Assembly (NCBI RefSeq): GCF_009914755.1
Contig: NC_060930.1
Origin: the human T2T-CHM13v2.0 reference genome, Homo sapiens
Reading direction: 5' to 3' (one strand)
Length of the DNA stretch: 64,000 nucleotides
Positions 1 through 14,264 of this stretch are shown one piece after another. Each line of letters opens with the position of its first letter. Positions within the stretch are counted from its first letter, which is position 1. A model generated the notes under the pieces. It did no database searches and was not told the origin of the DNA. It saw only the letters and a list, made by a program, of their open reading frames with translations. The translations under genes were made by a program, and so were the position numbers.

Positions 1-215
1 GAAAAAAATGTTTTAGTATCCTGAATAGATTCTTATCTGATCTCTTCTGTGTTTCCGTGTGGCCTAATGGATATATCATGTTGTAAACTGTCTGAGAAGG
101 TAACAAGAGAACATTTGACATCTGCCCTCAAAAGTAGGAGATGAGAAAGAGAAGGACTCTCATATGACACATGGCATTCCCCACTCTTTTTAGCTGTTTG
201 TAAAGTGTTGCATGC

Positions 216-583
216 TGGTATGGTTTGTATTTGTGTCCCCACCCAAATCTCATGTTGAATTTGAGGAGGTTCCTGGTGGGAGGTGATTGGCTCATGAGAG
301 GCCATCTTTCCCCTTGCTCTTGCTATTGTCATGATAGTGAGTGAGTTCTCATGAGATCTGATGGTTTAAAAGTATGTGGCACTTCCCCTTCACTCTCTCT
401 CTCTCCTGCCATCATGTGAAGAAAGTACTTTCTTCCCCTTTGGCTTCTGCCATAATTGTAAGTTTCCTGAGGCCTCCCAGCCATACTTCCTGTTAAGTCT
501 GTGGAACTGAGTCAATTTAGCCTCTTTATAAATCACCCAGTCACAGGTAGTTCTGTATAGCCATGCGAAAACAGACTAATACA
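216..583 (+). mobile_element. MaLR solo LTR (MSTA/MSTB-like)
   Basis: Starts TGGTATGGTTTG..TGTCCCCACCCAAATCTCATGTTGAATT and ends ..GACTAATACA; 5-bp TSD catgc/catgt. Confidence 0.85.
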
Positions 584-698
584 CATGTAATTAGCAGACA
601 TGAAAAAGAGAGTAGAGCAGATAGCCAAATGCTACAGAATTCCAATAGGTCTTTGTGGAGCTGGGATCTGAAGAGTTAGCTTGCCAAAAACAGGCCCT

Positions 699-1288
699 TG
701 TGGAGTAAAAATAAAATTTTAAGTCCCCTGACTGACTGAACAAACTGCTCTTGACCAAAGAGAGTTTGGTCATGCCTCAGTACATTCCCTTCCTCTCTAA
801 CTGATACCAGATTTTTTTCCTAAGAGTTAAACAGAAACCAGCCCTGAAAAACAAAAACTGGGAGAGTTTCACAAAGCATTCCTTCCTGATAAATGACCAC
901 CAACCGTACACCAGCTCTGGCCAATTTACGGAGGCTGCGTACAAAGCACCTTTTGTCCTACGTTTCATCTTTTTGATATACAGAGCCCAATTTTACTTCA
1001 TTTTAATGTTGTTTCCACCCCAATGTAAACATGGGATATATGTAGCATACATGTTTGCTTACCATGCATGCATGCAAACTCCCTTCATCAATATTCATAT
1101 ATCCTGTGTTAAATATGTATGTTTAGCCAACTCATGTAGCATAAAACTTCTGTCCCATTGCTCTTCTGGTAAAGCACCTGCTTTCAGTCTCAGCTGAATG
1201 TTTTGCTTCCCAGCTGCACGTTGCAGCCCTTCATAAGACATAACCCTTTCCTTTCCATATTTATAAATCTCATGATTTTGAGTTGACA
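699..1288 (+). mobile_element. ERV1 solo LTR, MER4-family-like
   Basis: TG..CA termini; start AAAAATAAAATTTTAAGTCCCCTGACTGACTGAA resembles MER4-group LTRs; exact 4-bp TSD ccct (695-698, 1289-1292). Confidence 0.75.
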
Positions 1289-1808
1289 CCCTCAGTGAGC
1301 AACAGCAATCTTTTACTAAAGTCAACCAATATGCTGAATAACCTAGGTCAACATTAGACAAATACTGAGTGTTTGTAAAAAATAATAATAATAATCTGTG
1401 CAGTCCAATGAGAAAATAAAGTTTGGGAAAACACAAACAAGTAGAATGGCTTGGTTTCTATTCTCTAGTCCTGTAACTGGGAAAAATGTAGAATGAAAAA
1501 ATTATAAACACTGTGTCATTTCAGACATGGCACAGATTGATGGCAAATGTGTAACCTTCACCAATTGTGCTGTCTACAGAAGCAAAGTGGAATGGAGGAT
1601 TGGGGGCCAGTCTAGGTAAATTCATCATTCTGAGTAAGAAAGCATCTTTTACAAAATCTAGAAATGTCATCTGTCTATTTCATCTATGGTAATTGATTAC
1701 ATAAACCATAAGATAGTGGGCCTAAGGAAAAATAAATTTTAAAGTTTCAACTTGGACACTGGCTAGCTTGTGCAACTGTCCCAGAATGCTTTCAATTGCA
1801 TATGATTA

Positions 1809-2676
<868 letters not shown>

Positions 2677-2724
2677 CTTAAATATTAAGTATGTTTATTA
2701 AGTCAATAGCAAGAAGTAAACAGG

Positions 2725-3119
2725 CAGGCAGTTTCAGGTTTGGCTAATTCAACAACTCTACGATACCGTGAGGACTCTTGCCATCCTCAGCATGGCAAGA
2801 ACTCCTTTTGGTTGCAGGATGGCTTTAGTAGTTTTACAACTTTGCAGACTTTACTTTCCAGAGGCATTTTTTCCCTTGATTTTCACCTGACTTCCCTTCC
2901 CATCTTACAAGTTGAATTATATCACTTACCCATTCCTAAACTCATATCTGGCAAGAGGAATATAGTTTCCTCTTGACTGACAGACTAATCAATAGATTCC
3001 CTGCCTCTCACCTGGGGAGGGAACTGGCTTTCTCCAAAATATAACAGTTAAATATTTGAACAAAATCTGTTACTAAATAAGAACGACTATTAGATGGATA
3101 ACCTGCAATGTCTGCTACA
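2725..3119 (-). mobile_element. Old MaLR LTR fragment (MLT1J/K-like)
   Basis: CTTGCCATCCTCAGCATGG and TGGTTGCAGGATGGC motifs, ends TGTCTGCTACA; highly diverged. Confidence 0.4.
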
Positions 3120-3375
3120 GGCCTTTAGCAATTTACATTAAATTAAATGCACAGCAAGGTTACATGCCTTACTGAGAGAGGACTCACTGTTCTGGGAGGA
3201 AAAAGATACACAAATTGTATCTATTGCTAGGCTAGGAACTTTTGTTTGTAATTGTGAGAGCTTTGGTTTCGCCTGGACATCTGAGAGAAGGAATTGGAAC
3301 AATACAAGATATAGAATGGTATCTGATCCATCTGGTCATTTGCATTGGCTTGAGACCTTGTGGAATGTGAAGTTA

Positions 3376-3757
<382 letters not shown>

Positions 3758-4194
3758 TCAAGAAGAGGTCATTTTCCCTACCTCTGCATGTCATCTGATG
3801 TTCTGAGTTGAGTAGGTTTGGGAGCCTCTGGAGACAATAAATTTGTCATGGCTATTGATATTCTAGTGGTGGGCAGAAGCAGTTCCCAAATACCTTGAGG
3901 GAATTCATAAGAAGTGGGTATCAGAGTCCAAGGAAAAGAAAAATGCAGTTACTTCCTAAAGACTCATCTGGTTATAGGCACATATTAGATGTTGCTAGAT
4001 ATCCCTGGGCAGATTCTGCAAATAACTGGGCAACACTTTGGGAGCTAATTTTCAATAGATAAGCTGGTTGGGTTTCCTGCTATTAGAATCCACATATAGG
4101 AAGGAAATGTGACCTACTTTGTTGTCACAGGCTGTGACAGGCATCTAATACAATACTTTTCCTAAAACAAATACTCAACAAATGGTAATAGCAC

Positions 4195-4420
4195 TAATAA
4201 TAGTTCCCATTTCTTGAGTCCTTAATATGGGACAGGTGTTTTTCAAGCACTTCACATATTGATTCATTTAATAACTCAAAAAAGCCTATAAGGTAAATGT
4301 TACTACTTGCCTTAGTTAAAACTAAAAGACAAAAAGGTTTATCAACTTGTTTGAGATCACAAAATGAGGAAAGATTGAGTAAGGATTCAAACTCATGCTG
4401 TCTCAGACCTTAGGTCCTGA
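4195..4420 (-). mobile_element. MIR SINE
   Basis: ATTTCTTGAGTCCTTAATATG..CAGG..AAGCACTTCACATATTGATTCATTTAAT..GGATTCAAACTC. Confidence 0.6.
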
Positions 4421-4454
4421 AACAGCTAATATTATTTCCATCTTACTGAGTGTC

Positions 4455-4602
4455 AATCACTTTGCACATTTTATTTCATTTAATCTTTCTAATGGCCTTA
4501 TCATTTTTCCTGATTTTACAGGTGAAGAAATCAAAGGGCAGAAATTTGTAATTTGAGAAGCCAGCATTCAAAACTAGGCTGCCTAACTCCTAACCACTAT
4601 GT
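4455..4602 (-). mobile_element. MIR SINE fragment
   Basis: TTTCATTTAATC..ATTTTACAGGTGAAGAAATCAAAGG..ATTCAAAACTAGG..TAACCACTATG. Confidence 0.55.
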
Positions 4603-5086
4603 TCTACTCCTTTCCCTACAATAGTAGCCACTGGCATTTATATTATTTCCATGGTTATTTTTTTAATACAGCAGTCTTTCCCCAACCCATGAACCAAAGA
4701 ATTCTGGCCTCTCTAAAGCTGATGTAAAAGGAAAAAGTTTGAATGATATTTTATTGACCTACTTTATTCAGTTTACTAAGAAAATTTTCTGGCATGATCA
4801 CCATTCCAATGCCTTGGGTGATTGAGAATTAACTTTATCCAAAGTAGATCCATACCAGGTATTGTGAAATCTGGTGGAGTGCTGACATCTAGGCCCTTGA
4901 CCTTTCATTCAGGCCTCCAGACTCTAAGCCCAAGGCAATTTCTCTACTTTTCATCTCTCCAGAAGAGTTGAGCAGAAGCATTGTTTCTATTCTATCAGCT
5001 TCATTTCCAGGTCCTTCCTTTTTGTTCTAACACTAACACTCTCAAACCTTTTGTTTTATGTTACAAGCCTGTTTTGCTTTCCTAGA

Positions 5087-8081
5087 TAATATGGTTTGGC
5101 TGTCCCCACCCAAATCTTACCGTCAGTTGTAATAATCCCATGTGTTGAGAGCATGGCCAGGTGAAGATAGTTGAATCATGGGTGCAGATTTCCCCATACT
5201 GTTCTTGTGTTAGTAAGTAAGTCTCATGAGATCTGATGGTTTTATAAATGGGAGTTCCCCTGCACAAGTCCTCTCTTGCCTGCCACCATGTAAGGCTTCC
5301 CTTTGCTCTTCCTTTATGATTGTGAGGCCTCCCCAGCCATGTGGAACCGTGAGTCCATTAAATATCTTTCCTTTATAAATTACCCAGTATGGATAATTTA
5401 TATCCATGAGAACAGACTAATACAGTAAATTGGTACTGGGTAGTGGGGTCCTGCTACCCCATTAATGTGGGTGAAAGTGACTTTGGAACCAGATAACATG
5501 CAGAGGTTGAAACAGTTTGGAGTGCTCAGAGGAAGATAGGAAAATGTGGAAAAGTTTGGAACTTCCTAGAGATTTGGAGAGCTCAGAAGGGAAAGTTTGG
5601 AACTTCCTAGAGACAAGTTAAATGGCTTTGACTGAAATGCTGATAGTGAAATGGACAATAAGTTCCAGGCTGAAGTGGTCTCAGATGGAGATGAGAAACT
5701 TGTTGGGAACTTAAAGGTCACTCTTGCTATAGAGAAATGCAAATCAAACCCACAGTGAGATAGCATCTCAGGCCAATTAGAACGGCGATCATTAAAAAGT
5801 CAGGAAACAAGAGATGCTGGAGAGGATGTGGAGAAATAGGAACACTTTTACACTGTTGGTGGGACTGTAAATTAGTTCAACCATTGTGGAAGACAGTGTG
5901 GAAATTCCTCAAGGATCTAGAACCAGAAAAGCCATTTGACCCAGCAATCCCATTACTGGGTATGTGCCCAAAGGATTATAAATTATTCTACTATAAAGAC
6001 ATATGCACTTGTATGTTTACTGAAGCACTATTTACAATTGCAAAGACTTGGAACCAACCCAAATGCCCATCAATGATAGATTGGATAAAGAAAATGTGGC
6101 AGATATACACCATGGAATACTATGCAGCCATAATAAAGAATGAGATCATGTTCTTTGCAGGGAAATGGATGAAGCTGGAAATCATCATCCTCAACAAAGT
6201 AACACAGGAACAGAAAACAAAACACCACATGTTCTCACTCATAAGTGGGAGTTGAACAATGAGGACACATGGACACAGGGAGGGGAACATCACACACTGG
6301 GGTCTGTCACGGGGTGGAGAGAAAGGGGAGGCAGATTATTAGGACAAGTACCTAATGCATGTGGGGCTTAAAACCTAGACGACAGGTTGATAGGTGCAGC
6401 AAACCACCATGGCACATGTATACCTACATAACAAACCTGCATGTTCTGCACGTGTATCCCAGAACTTAAAGTAAAATTAAAAACAAAACAAAGAGACTGG
6501 TGGCATTTTGCCCCACTCTAAAGATCTGTGGAACTTTGAACTTCAGAGAGATGATTTAGGTTATCTGGTGGAAGAAATTTCTAAGCAGCAGTGTTTAAGA
6601 GGAAGAAGAGCATAAACGTTTGGAAAATGTGCAGCCTGACAATGCACAATAGGAAAGAAAAACCCATTATTCAGGGGAGAAATTCGAGCTTGCTTCAGAA
6701 ATTTGTGTAAGTAAAAAGGAGCCCAATGCTAATTACTAAGACAATGGGGAAAATATCTCCAGGGCATGTCAGAGACCTTCCTGCTCTTCCCATCATAGGC
6801 CCAGAGGCCTAGGAGGAAAAAATAATTTAGTAGGCCAGGCCCAGGCCCTCCCTCCCTATTGTGTGCAGCCTAGGGACTTGGTGCCCTGTGTCCCAGCTGC
6901 TCCAGCTGTGGCTAAAAGGGGCCAAGATGCAGCTCAGACTTTGGCTTCAGAGGGTGCAGGTCCTAAACCTTGGCAGCTTCCATGTGGTGTTGAGCCTGCA
7001 GGGCACAGAAGTCAAGAATTGAAGTTTGGGAAACTCTGCCTAGATTTCAGAGGATGTATGGAAATGCCTGGATGTCCAGGCAGAGGTATGCTGCAGGGGT
7101 AGAACCCTCATGAAAAACCTCTGCTAAGGCAATGCAAAATGGAAATGTGAGATGGGAGCACTCACACAGAGACCCCACTAGAGCACTGCCTAGTGGAGTT
7201 GTTTGAAGAGGGCTACCTCCCAGAATGGTAGATCCACTGACAGCATCCACTATGCACCTGGAAAAGTCACAGACACTCAATACCAGTCCAGGAAAGCAGC
7301 TGGGATGAGGGCTGTATCCCAGCTCCACAGGGGCAGAGCTGCCCAAGACTGAGGGAGCCCACCTCTTGTATCAGCATGACCTGGATGTAAGACACAGAGT
7401 CAAAGGAGGTCATTTTGGAGCTTTAAGATAATGACTGCCTCATTGGATTTTGGACTGGCATGGGACCCGTAGCCTCTTCATTTTGGCCAACTTCTCCCAT
7501 TTGGAAATGGTTGTATTTACCCAATGCCTGTACCCCATTGTTTCTAGGAAGTAACTAACTTGCTTTGATTTTACAGTCTCATAGGCTGAAGGGGCTTGTC
7601 TTGTCTCTGATGAGACTTTGGACTGTGGATTTTTGAGTTAATGCTAAAATGAACTAGGACTTTGGGAGACTGTTGTGAAGGCATGATTGGTTTTGAAATG
7701 TGAGGACATGAGATTTGAGAGGGGCCGGGGTGGAATGATATGGTTTTGGGTGTCCCCACACAAATCTCACCCTTAATTGTAATAATCCCCACACGTCAAG
7801 GGTGGGGCCAGGTGGAGATAACTGAATCATGGGGGTAGTTTCCCCCATATTGTTCTCATGGTAGTAAATAAGTCTCATGAGATCTAATAGTTTTATTAAT
7901 GGGAGTTCTGCTGCCCAAGCCCTCTCTTGCTGCCACCATGTAAGAGATTCCTTTGCTCTTCCTTCATGATTGTGAGGCCTCCCCAACCATGTGGAACTGT
8001 GAGTGCATTAAACCTCTTTCCTTTATAAGTTACCCAGTCTCAGGCATGTCTTTATTAGCAACATGAGAAAAGACAAATATA
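5087..8081 (+). mobile_element. Full THE1 MaLR element (LTR 5087-5424, THE1-int, LTR 7736-8081)
   Basis: Two similar LTRs T(G/A)ATATGGTTT..AATACA; internal starts GTAAATTGGTAC; purine tract before 3' LTR; exact 5-bp TSD ctaga (5082-5086, 8082-8086). Confidence 0.93.
5730..6490 (+). mobile_element. 5'-truncated L1 (L1PA7/8-like 3' end) inserted in THE1-int
   Basis: ORF2 C-terminus (..KTWNQPKCPSMIDWIKKMW..HMFSLISGS*, 5884-6255), 3'UTR GGGGCTTAAAACCTAGA, A-rich tail. Confidence 0.9.
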
Positions 8082-8102
8082 CTAGACTATGGGGATGTTA
8101 GT

Positions 8103-8900
8103 TTCATTCATTCAATGAAAACTAATTGAGTGCCTGCCATGTGCCAGGCACTCTTTTAGTCAGTGGATACACAAGAGAAGGCAAGAAAGGCCCCTTTCCT
8201 CATCTAGTTTACATTCTGGTCAACAGTTCACAAATTAATAAATCCTATATATTGGTATAGTGACAAACACTATGAATATAATCGCAGGGGAGTGAAAAAT
8301 CACTTCCCTCCACCCTTCTAGATTCTTTGTCTGGGTTACAAATTAAATTGAAATAAGACAGACTGACAAGAGAAAAACAATATTTAATTATGTACGTATG
8401 CACTGGAGTCCCAGAAAATATGATACTGGAAGAAGGGTCACATAAGTGAAGCCTATATCAGCCTGAGCTACAGAAAGGAATAGGGGTTTGGGGATTCTGG
8501 GGGTGGTAGGAACACAAGTAATGGGAGGGTGAGGGGTGGAAATGTGTGATGGATAAAGATCGTCTTGTTAATTAGATAAAAAGTCTCTTGGGTGAGAAAA
8601 GTTAGCTCTAAGCAGTCCTCTTCCTGATACAGATACTTTTACTAATGTACATTTCCTCTACAGATATAAATTTAATTTACAAAAGGATGGCTTTTCAGAG
8701 CTACTCCTGTATTTGCAGTTTCTCAGAACAACCAACTTGAAATATGCCAAAGAAGTATATTTTGGGGTTTCTGGTCTCCTACAGTTGTATTTTGGAGTAG
8801 TGTGTCCTGGGTCCCAACAAAACTAAACAGAGTAAGAGAATAAAGAGCAATTGGCCATCCCTGAGGAGGTGATATTTGAGCAAAGAACTGAATGAAGAGA
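8103..8900 (-). mobile_element. L2 3' end fragment split by an LTR (8103-8282 and 8820-8900)
   Basis: TTCATTCATTCAA..ATTGAGTGCCTGCCATGTGCCAGGCACT; resumes CCCTGAGGAGGTGATATTTGAGC. Confidence 0.6.
8283..8819 (-). mobile_element. ERV1 solo LTR (MER34-group-like)
   Basis: Minus strand begins TGTTGGGACCCAGG..TGTAGGAGACCAGAAACCCCAAAATATACTTCTTTGGCAT. Confidence 0.65.
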
Positions 8901-9941
8901 TGCCCTTTGCATAGACACTCATTCACTTTTCCATGTCTTTCATCCTGCAAGACCACTCAGAGTCTATGGAGAAATAAATGATTCCCAAACAGATGACAAA
9001 GTCAATAGTAGATTAATATCATCTCAAAAGCATGTAAATTGTGCATCTGTTCTTAATCCTTAAGACAATAACTTGAAATTATTGAGTATGTAAATATTTA
9101 GTAAATGAATGGTATTAGCTTATTCCTCTGGCAACACCTGGCAGACCTAATCACCCAGCAACAAAACTGGCCTTACCTTAAGGAGTCACACCTCCCAAGG
9201 AAGCACAGCATGCAACATCGTAAACCAAATCACTATATTCTACACATGGAATCATAACGAGGATATATCAAGGGAAAAATATTGCCTTTGGGTTTTTTTT
9301 GAAATCCTTCTTCAACTCTTCTTTGCATGGGCTAATAGCTGCTGTAAAATTCTATTCCCTGTCTGAGCGCCCAGGTGTTGTCTTCTTTTATGCTTTTATT
9401 CCCAGAGTACCGTTGCCCATTTTAAGGACTTTTTTCTTCCTTTTTATCCTAGGCAGAAAATTGTTTCTGATTTCCTTTCTCTCTTTGTCTTTTCTTAATT
9501 CAGACTAAGGGTAGGTTTCAGCTTCTCTCTTTCAAGAGCCATGTTTCCGGCAGAAGTTTACAGCACATGAGGTAACAGATAGCATTTCCTTCCATGTCCT
9601 ATAATAAAGAATGGCTCCTAATAAAGATTCCTTTCAGTGACTCACATGTAAAGATAAAAAATAAGATCAGAAAAGCAACCTTAAGGGGTTTCCTTCTCAG
9701 CTGGGCTTGGGTCCAAAGGGCCAAGATAATTAAGAAATCACTAGTAACCCTAGGTTTTCTGGGCTCATTATAATCATGATGACCTCCATATCTAGGTCAC
9801 CCTACAATATAACCTTCCCTTTATTGGATCAAAATGTCACTTAGAAATTACCACCATTACATAGTGTGCAGAGTAAAGTCTTCCTCTCTACCCACTGAAA
9901 GACTGACAATACATAGATCAAAAGGAGAGAAAGACATATAA

Positions 9942-10566
<625 letters not shown>

Positions 10567-12613
10567 AAGGCATACAAATTTTTTAATATGCATATGAACA
10601 TGGGAGTCCCACAAATACATTACTCCAAAAAGAGCTAGATGGTTGAAGCCTAAATACCCTATACATAGGGAAGAGGAAATTGGGGGCTATTGGTAATTTT
10701 AGAGGGGTAGTAAAAAATTTTTAGGTAAAATGAATAAAACCAAAGAACAATGGCCTGGGACAAAGTTCTGAGCTTGGCAGGGAAGTTGCACAGAAGTGAG
10801 GAGTAAAACTTTACTTTGAATGAAGGTTGTCTTATTATGCAGTTAAAGACTCCTAGGTAATCTCTCAAAGTTGCTTTCAGAAGAATAGATGAGGAGCCTC
10901 TCTGAACCTATTCTGGTTCAGGGACTGCCTGATTCTTGAATTGTTCTTTGCTCAATTCAACTCCGTTAAATGTTATTCATCTAAGGTTTTTCTTAGTAGA
11001 TGGCATCATAAATGGGATCTGAAATAAAGCTTCTAGTAACCCCTAGGAGCAACAAGTGACCAAGCAATGTACCATTGTGTCCACTGCTTTCTCATAGCAA
11101 CTGGAGATCATCAGTAAGTTCTCTCTCAGATTCCAAAGCTTCACAGATTTGTGTGTTGAGCTATCTGAGTTTGAACACATTTGAGATCCAAACTGGGTTT
11201 GGAAGTCATAACAGAAGCTGGACTGGGTCCAGAATCAGACTGGATCCAATAATTAACTGGCTTGGATCCGTTAGGGGCCTCTTATGTCTGACTGGGTCAC
11301 ACAGAAACTGCTAGTCAACAGCAATATTGCAGAGCGTGTAAAATCCAGGTTTTGGAAATTCATAGGGATTTTTATGTTCTACTCCCTTTGTTTATTTGTC
11401 TTGCATACTTAGGTAGGGAAAAATCATTGCCTAATTTGATCAAGGGGATCTGAGAACCAAAGTCAAGATTCAAGGTAAAAATGAGTTCCTTAATTTCTGA
11501 AGAACTGAGTACCAGTTTGTAGATGCATACGTATTAGGCCCTAGAAGCAGCAAATACTTACAGAAATGATGAAATCTTATTAAAGGTAACTTAAAGTTAT
11601 AGTGGAATGTTTCAAATGAACAACACTGCACTTTCAGAAGTTCATTTGAAAATAAGGGCTCTGAAATTAGTCTCATCCAAGGATGCCTATTGATGTGCAG
11701 AAGCTTCTAAAAGTATTTCAATGCTGTTACTGCTTTTCAAAAAAAGACTATGAAAGGTAAACAAAAAGCTTAAGTGACTAATTGATAAGAAAAATTAAAT
11801 CTGCTAATCCTTTGGCCTAGTTACTATCCTGCCTTGAAGGGAAAAAGGAAGCTTTTGTAGATAAAGTGTTTATAAAAGGGAGGCCCTCAGGTAAGTATGC
11901 TTACTTCTTTCTTAGATCTATCCATGTTGAATCAGCCATAGAGAATGCTTTCTCTGCCCTATTGCTTAAAGAACTCTACCCTGAACTCAGTAATTTTAGT
12001 TAAGAAACAGCTATATTAAAAAGACCCCATAAACTAAAATACACCTTTCTGGAATTTACCTAGCTGTCTTGAAGTCCTTTAGTAAAATAAATTTATATCT
12101 TTAAAGGAAATCTCCATTTGTAAGAGCATCTCTGTTTCTGCATCTAACCCACTAGGAACTTCAACTATGGGGAAGACAATGATTTAAAGTTTACATAACA
12201 GACCTTGCCTTTGTTCAGATCTAAGTTCTGTGCCTTTGAGATATCAATATTCTACCTTGTTTCACAGGAGTCCCATCTTTGGAGACGTAAATTTAAAGCT
12301 GCCTCTCTGACAATTGTTTAGTGCAATAAAACATGTAATTGGAAGAATGATAGTCTGAATGGAGAAAAAAAAACTATTTAAAAGCCAGCAAATAAGAATC
12401 TTTTATGAAAACTATAAGATCTGCTTCTGTCTTTGTGTCTCTATGTCTATGTGTTATGTGCATATGATAACATTTGGCAAATGAAGCTAGTTTTTAAATT
12501 GTTGGTAAAATAGGAACCACTTCAACATTTTCAGTTAAACATAATTCAGTACTTCTTGATTTGACTGTGAGCTTGCGTTTTTTGTTTTGAGCCTCTGAAT
12601 TCAGGAATCTGGA

Positions 12614-13264
12614 TGTTACATGTAGTTAGACAGGCACGAGTGGGGCAGGACAGAGCTCTCTCCCACCCACTAGGAATGTTGAGTGATGGTTCAGCAATTA
12701 TCACATTCCCTCTCTAAAAGTGATAAATTGGCAGTGGTGCCAGGAAGAGGCCATTTCCTAATGGTTCACATTTATCGTGCTAAAGTGTTAATTGAACACA
12801 GATGCGAGGGAGAAGCAACTTCCCAGGCATGTGCATTAAGAGACAAAATGGCAGAGTATGACCTTCTGGGGACACACCATTAGAAAAGGGAAGAAAGGTT
12901 CAGATGGACATGCATACAGCCTCCTAAACAAACTGCATATGCTCATTTCCCAAGCATAAGAAGGGCATACACGTGCAGGCAGCCCATCCTAAGAGAAGAA
13001 TCATGGGAGAGGGGTCAGCCTATAAAGTCCTAGGATCAAGATTAAACACTGCACCTGACCTTCACATGCCTGCTTGGGTTTCTTCCAAGCATACTTTCCT
13101 TTCTTTCCTGTTCTAAAGCTTTTTAAAATAAACTTCCACTCCTGTTCTGAAACTTGCCTCAGTCTCTTTTTCTGCCTTATGCCCCTCAGTCATTCATTCT
13201 TTCTTGCTTGCTGCAGACTTATAAAGATTTACCACTAGTTCTCAGATACCTTCCACTGGTAACA
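12614..13264 (+). mobile_element. ERV1 solo LTR (MER50-like) inside MER57-int
   Basis: TGTTACATGTAGTTAGACAGGC..TATAAA (13021)..AATAAA..GGTAACA; TSD tgga/tgaa. Confidence 0.75.
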
Positions 13265-13717
13265 TGAATAGGTGGCCATGGTGAGAACAGCTACAAGGCA
13301 GACCCAAACCCCATATGGTCCCTTCTCTGCCCCAGCTTTGCCTCCTGGGTCTTCTGGGTTGGGTCTGATCTTCCAGGCTTCATCTTCACAGCTCTGCTGT
13401 CTGTCCTGAGTTTTGCATCTGTTATGTAAATTCAGGACTCAGAGAGGCCCTGCCCTTCATAGCCATCTTTGGTGCCACATGGCTACTTGAGACCCAGGAT
13501 GACTGGGGAAGACTTTAGGGAGGGTACTTGCATCATAGTTTCAAAATTCTTTTACTTTAAATTAAATAAGAGATAACCATGAAATATCTCAGTCATTTGC
13601 AAGTAAGTTAAAATACTAAAACATTGATTAAGTTTATATGCTTATATAAGTTTATATATTTTGACATCTTATTTTTATATGATATAGAAAAGCTAAATAT
13701 ATTTTTATATATATTTA

Positions 13718-14243
13718 TGTAATGCCCAACCTTGTTTTTTCCTTTTTCACCTAGCCTTTTTTCCACCTGAATAGACTCTCCCTTAGCTAAGAGAACCAGA
13801 CAAACTCCATCTTGGCTCTTTCACTGGCAGCCCCTTCCTCAAGGACTTAACTTGTGCAAGCTGACTTCCAGCACATCCAAGAATGCAATTAACTGAAAAG
13901 ATACTGTGGCAAGCTATATCCACAGTCCCCAAGAATTCACCTGATTGATAATGCCCAAAGCCCCGTGTCTATCACCTTGTAATATTCTTAAAGCCCCTGC
14001 ACCTGGAACTGTTTACTTTCCTGTAACCATTTATCCTTTTAACTTTTTGACTACTTAACTTCTGTAAAATTGTTTTAACTAGACCCCCCCCCCCTTCCTA
14101 AACCAAGGTATAAAAGTTGATCAAGCCCCTTCCTCGGGGCCGAGAGAACTTTGAGCGTTACCCATCTCTCAGTCGCTGGCTAATAAAGGACTCTTAATTT
14201 GTCTCAAAGTGTGGCATTTTCTCTAACTCATCTGGGTACAACA
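13718..14243 (+). promoter_or_regulatory. HERV-T 5' LTR (LTR6-type) with TATA box and polyA signal
   Basis: TATAAAA at about 14109, AATAAA at about 14182, TG..CA termini. Confidence 0.85.
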
Positions 14244-14246
14244 TTT

Positions 14247-14264
14247 TGGAGGCCCCAGTGAGAT
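14247..14264 (+). other. Primer binding site, tRNA-Thr type
   Basis: TGGAGGCCCCAGTGAGAT immediately after the 5' LTR. Confidence 0.8.

Noticed and set aside
5510-5615. Tandem duplication of AAAGTTTGGAACTTCCTAGAGA in THE1-int
   Set aside because: As recalled, a common feature of THE1-int sequences, not locus-specific.
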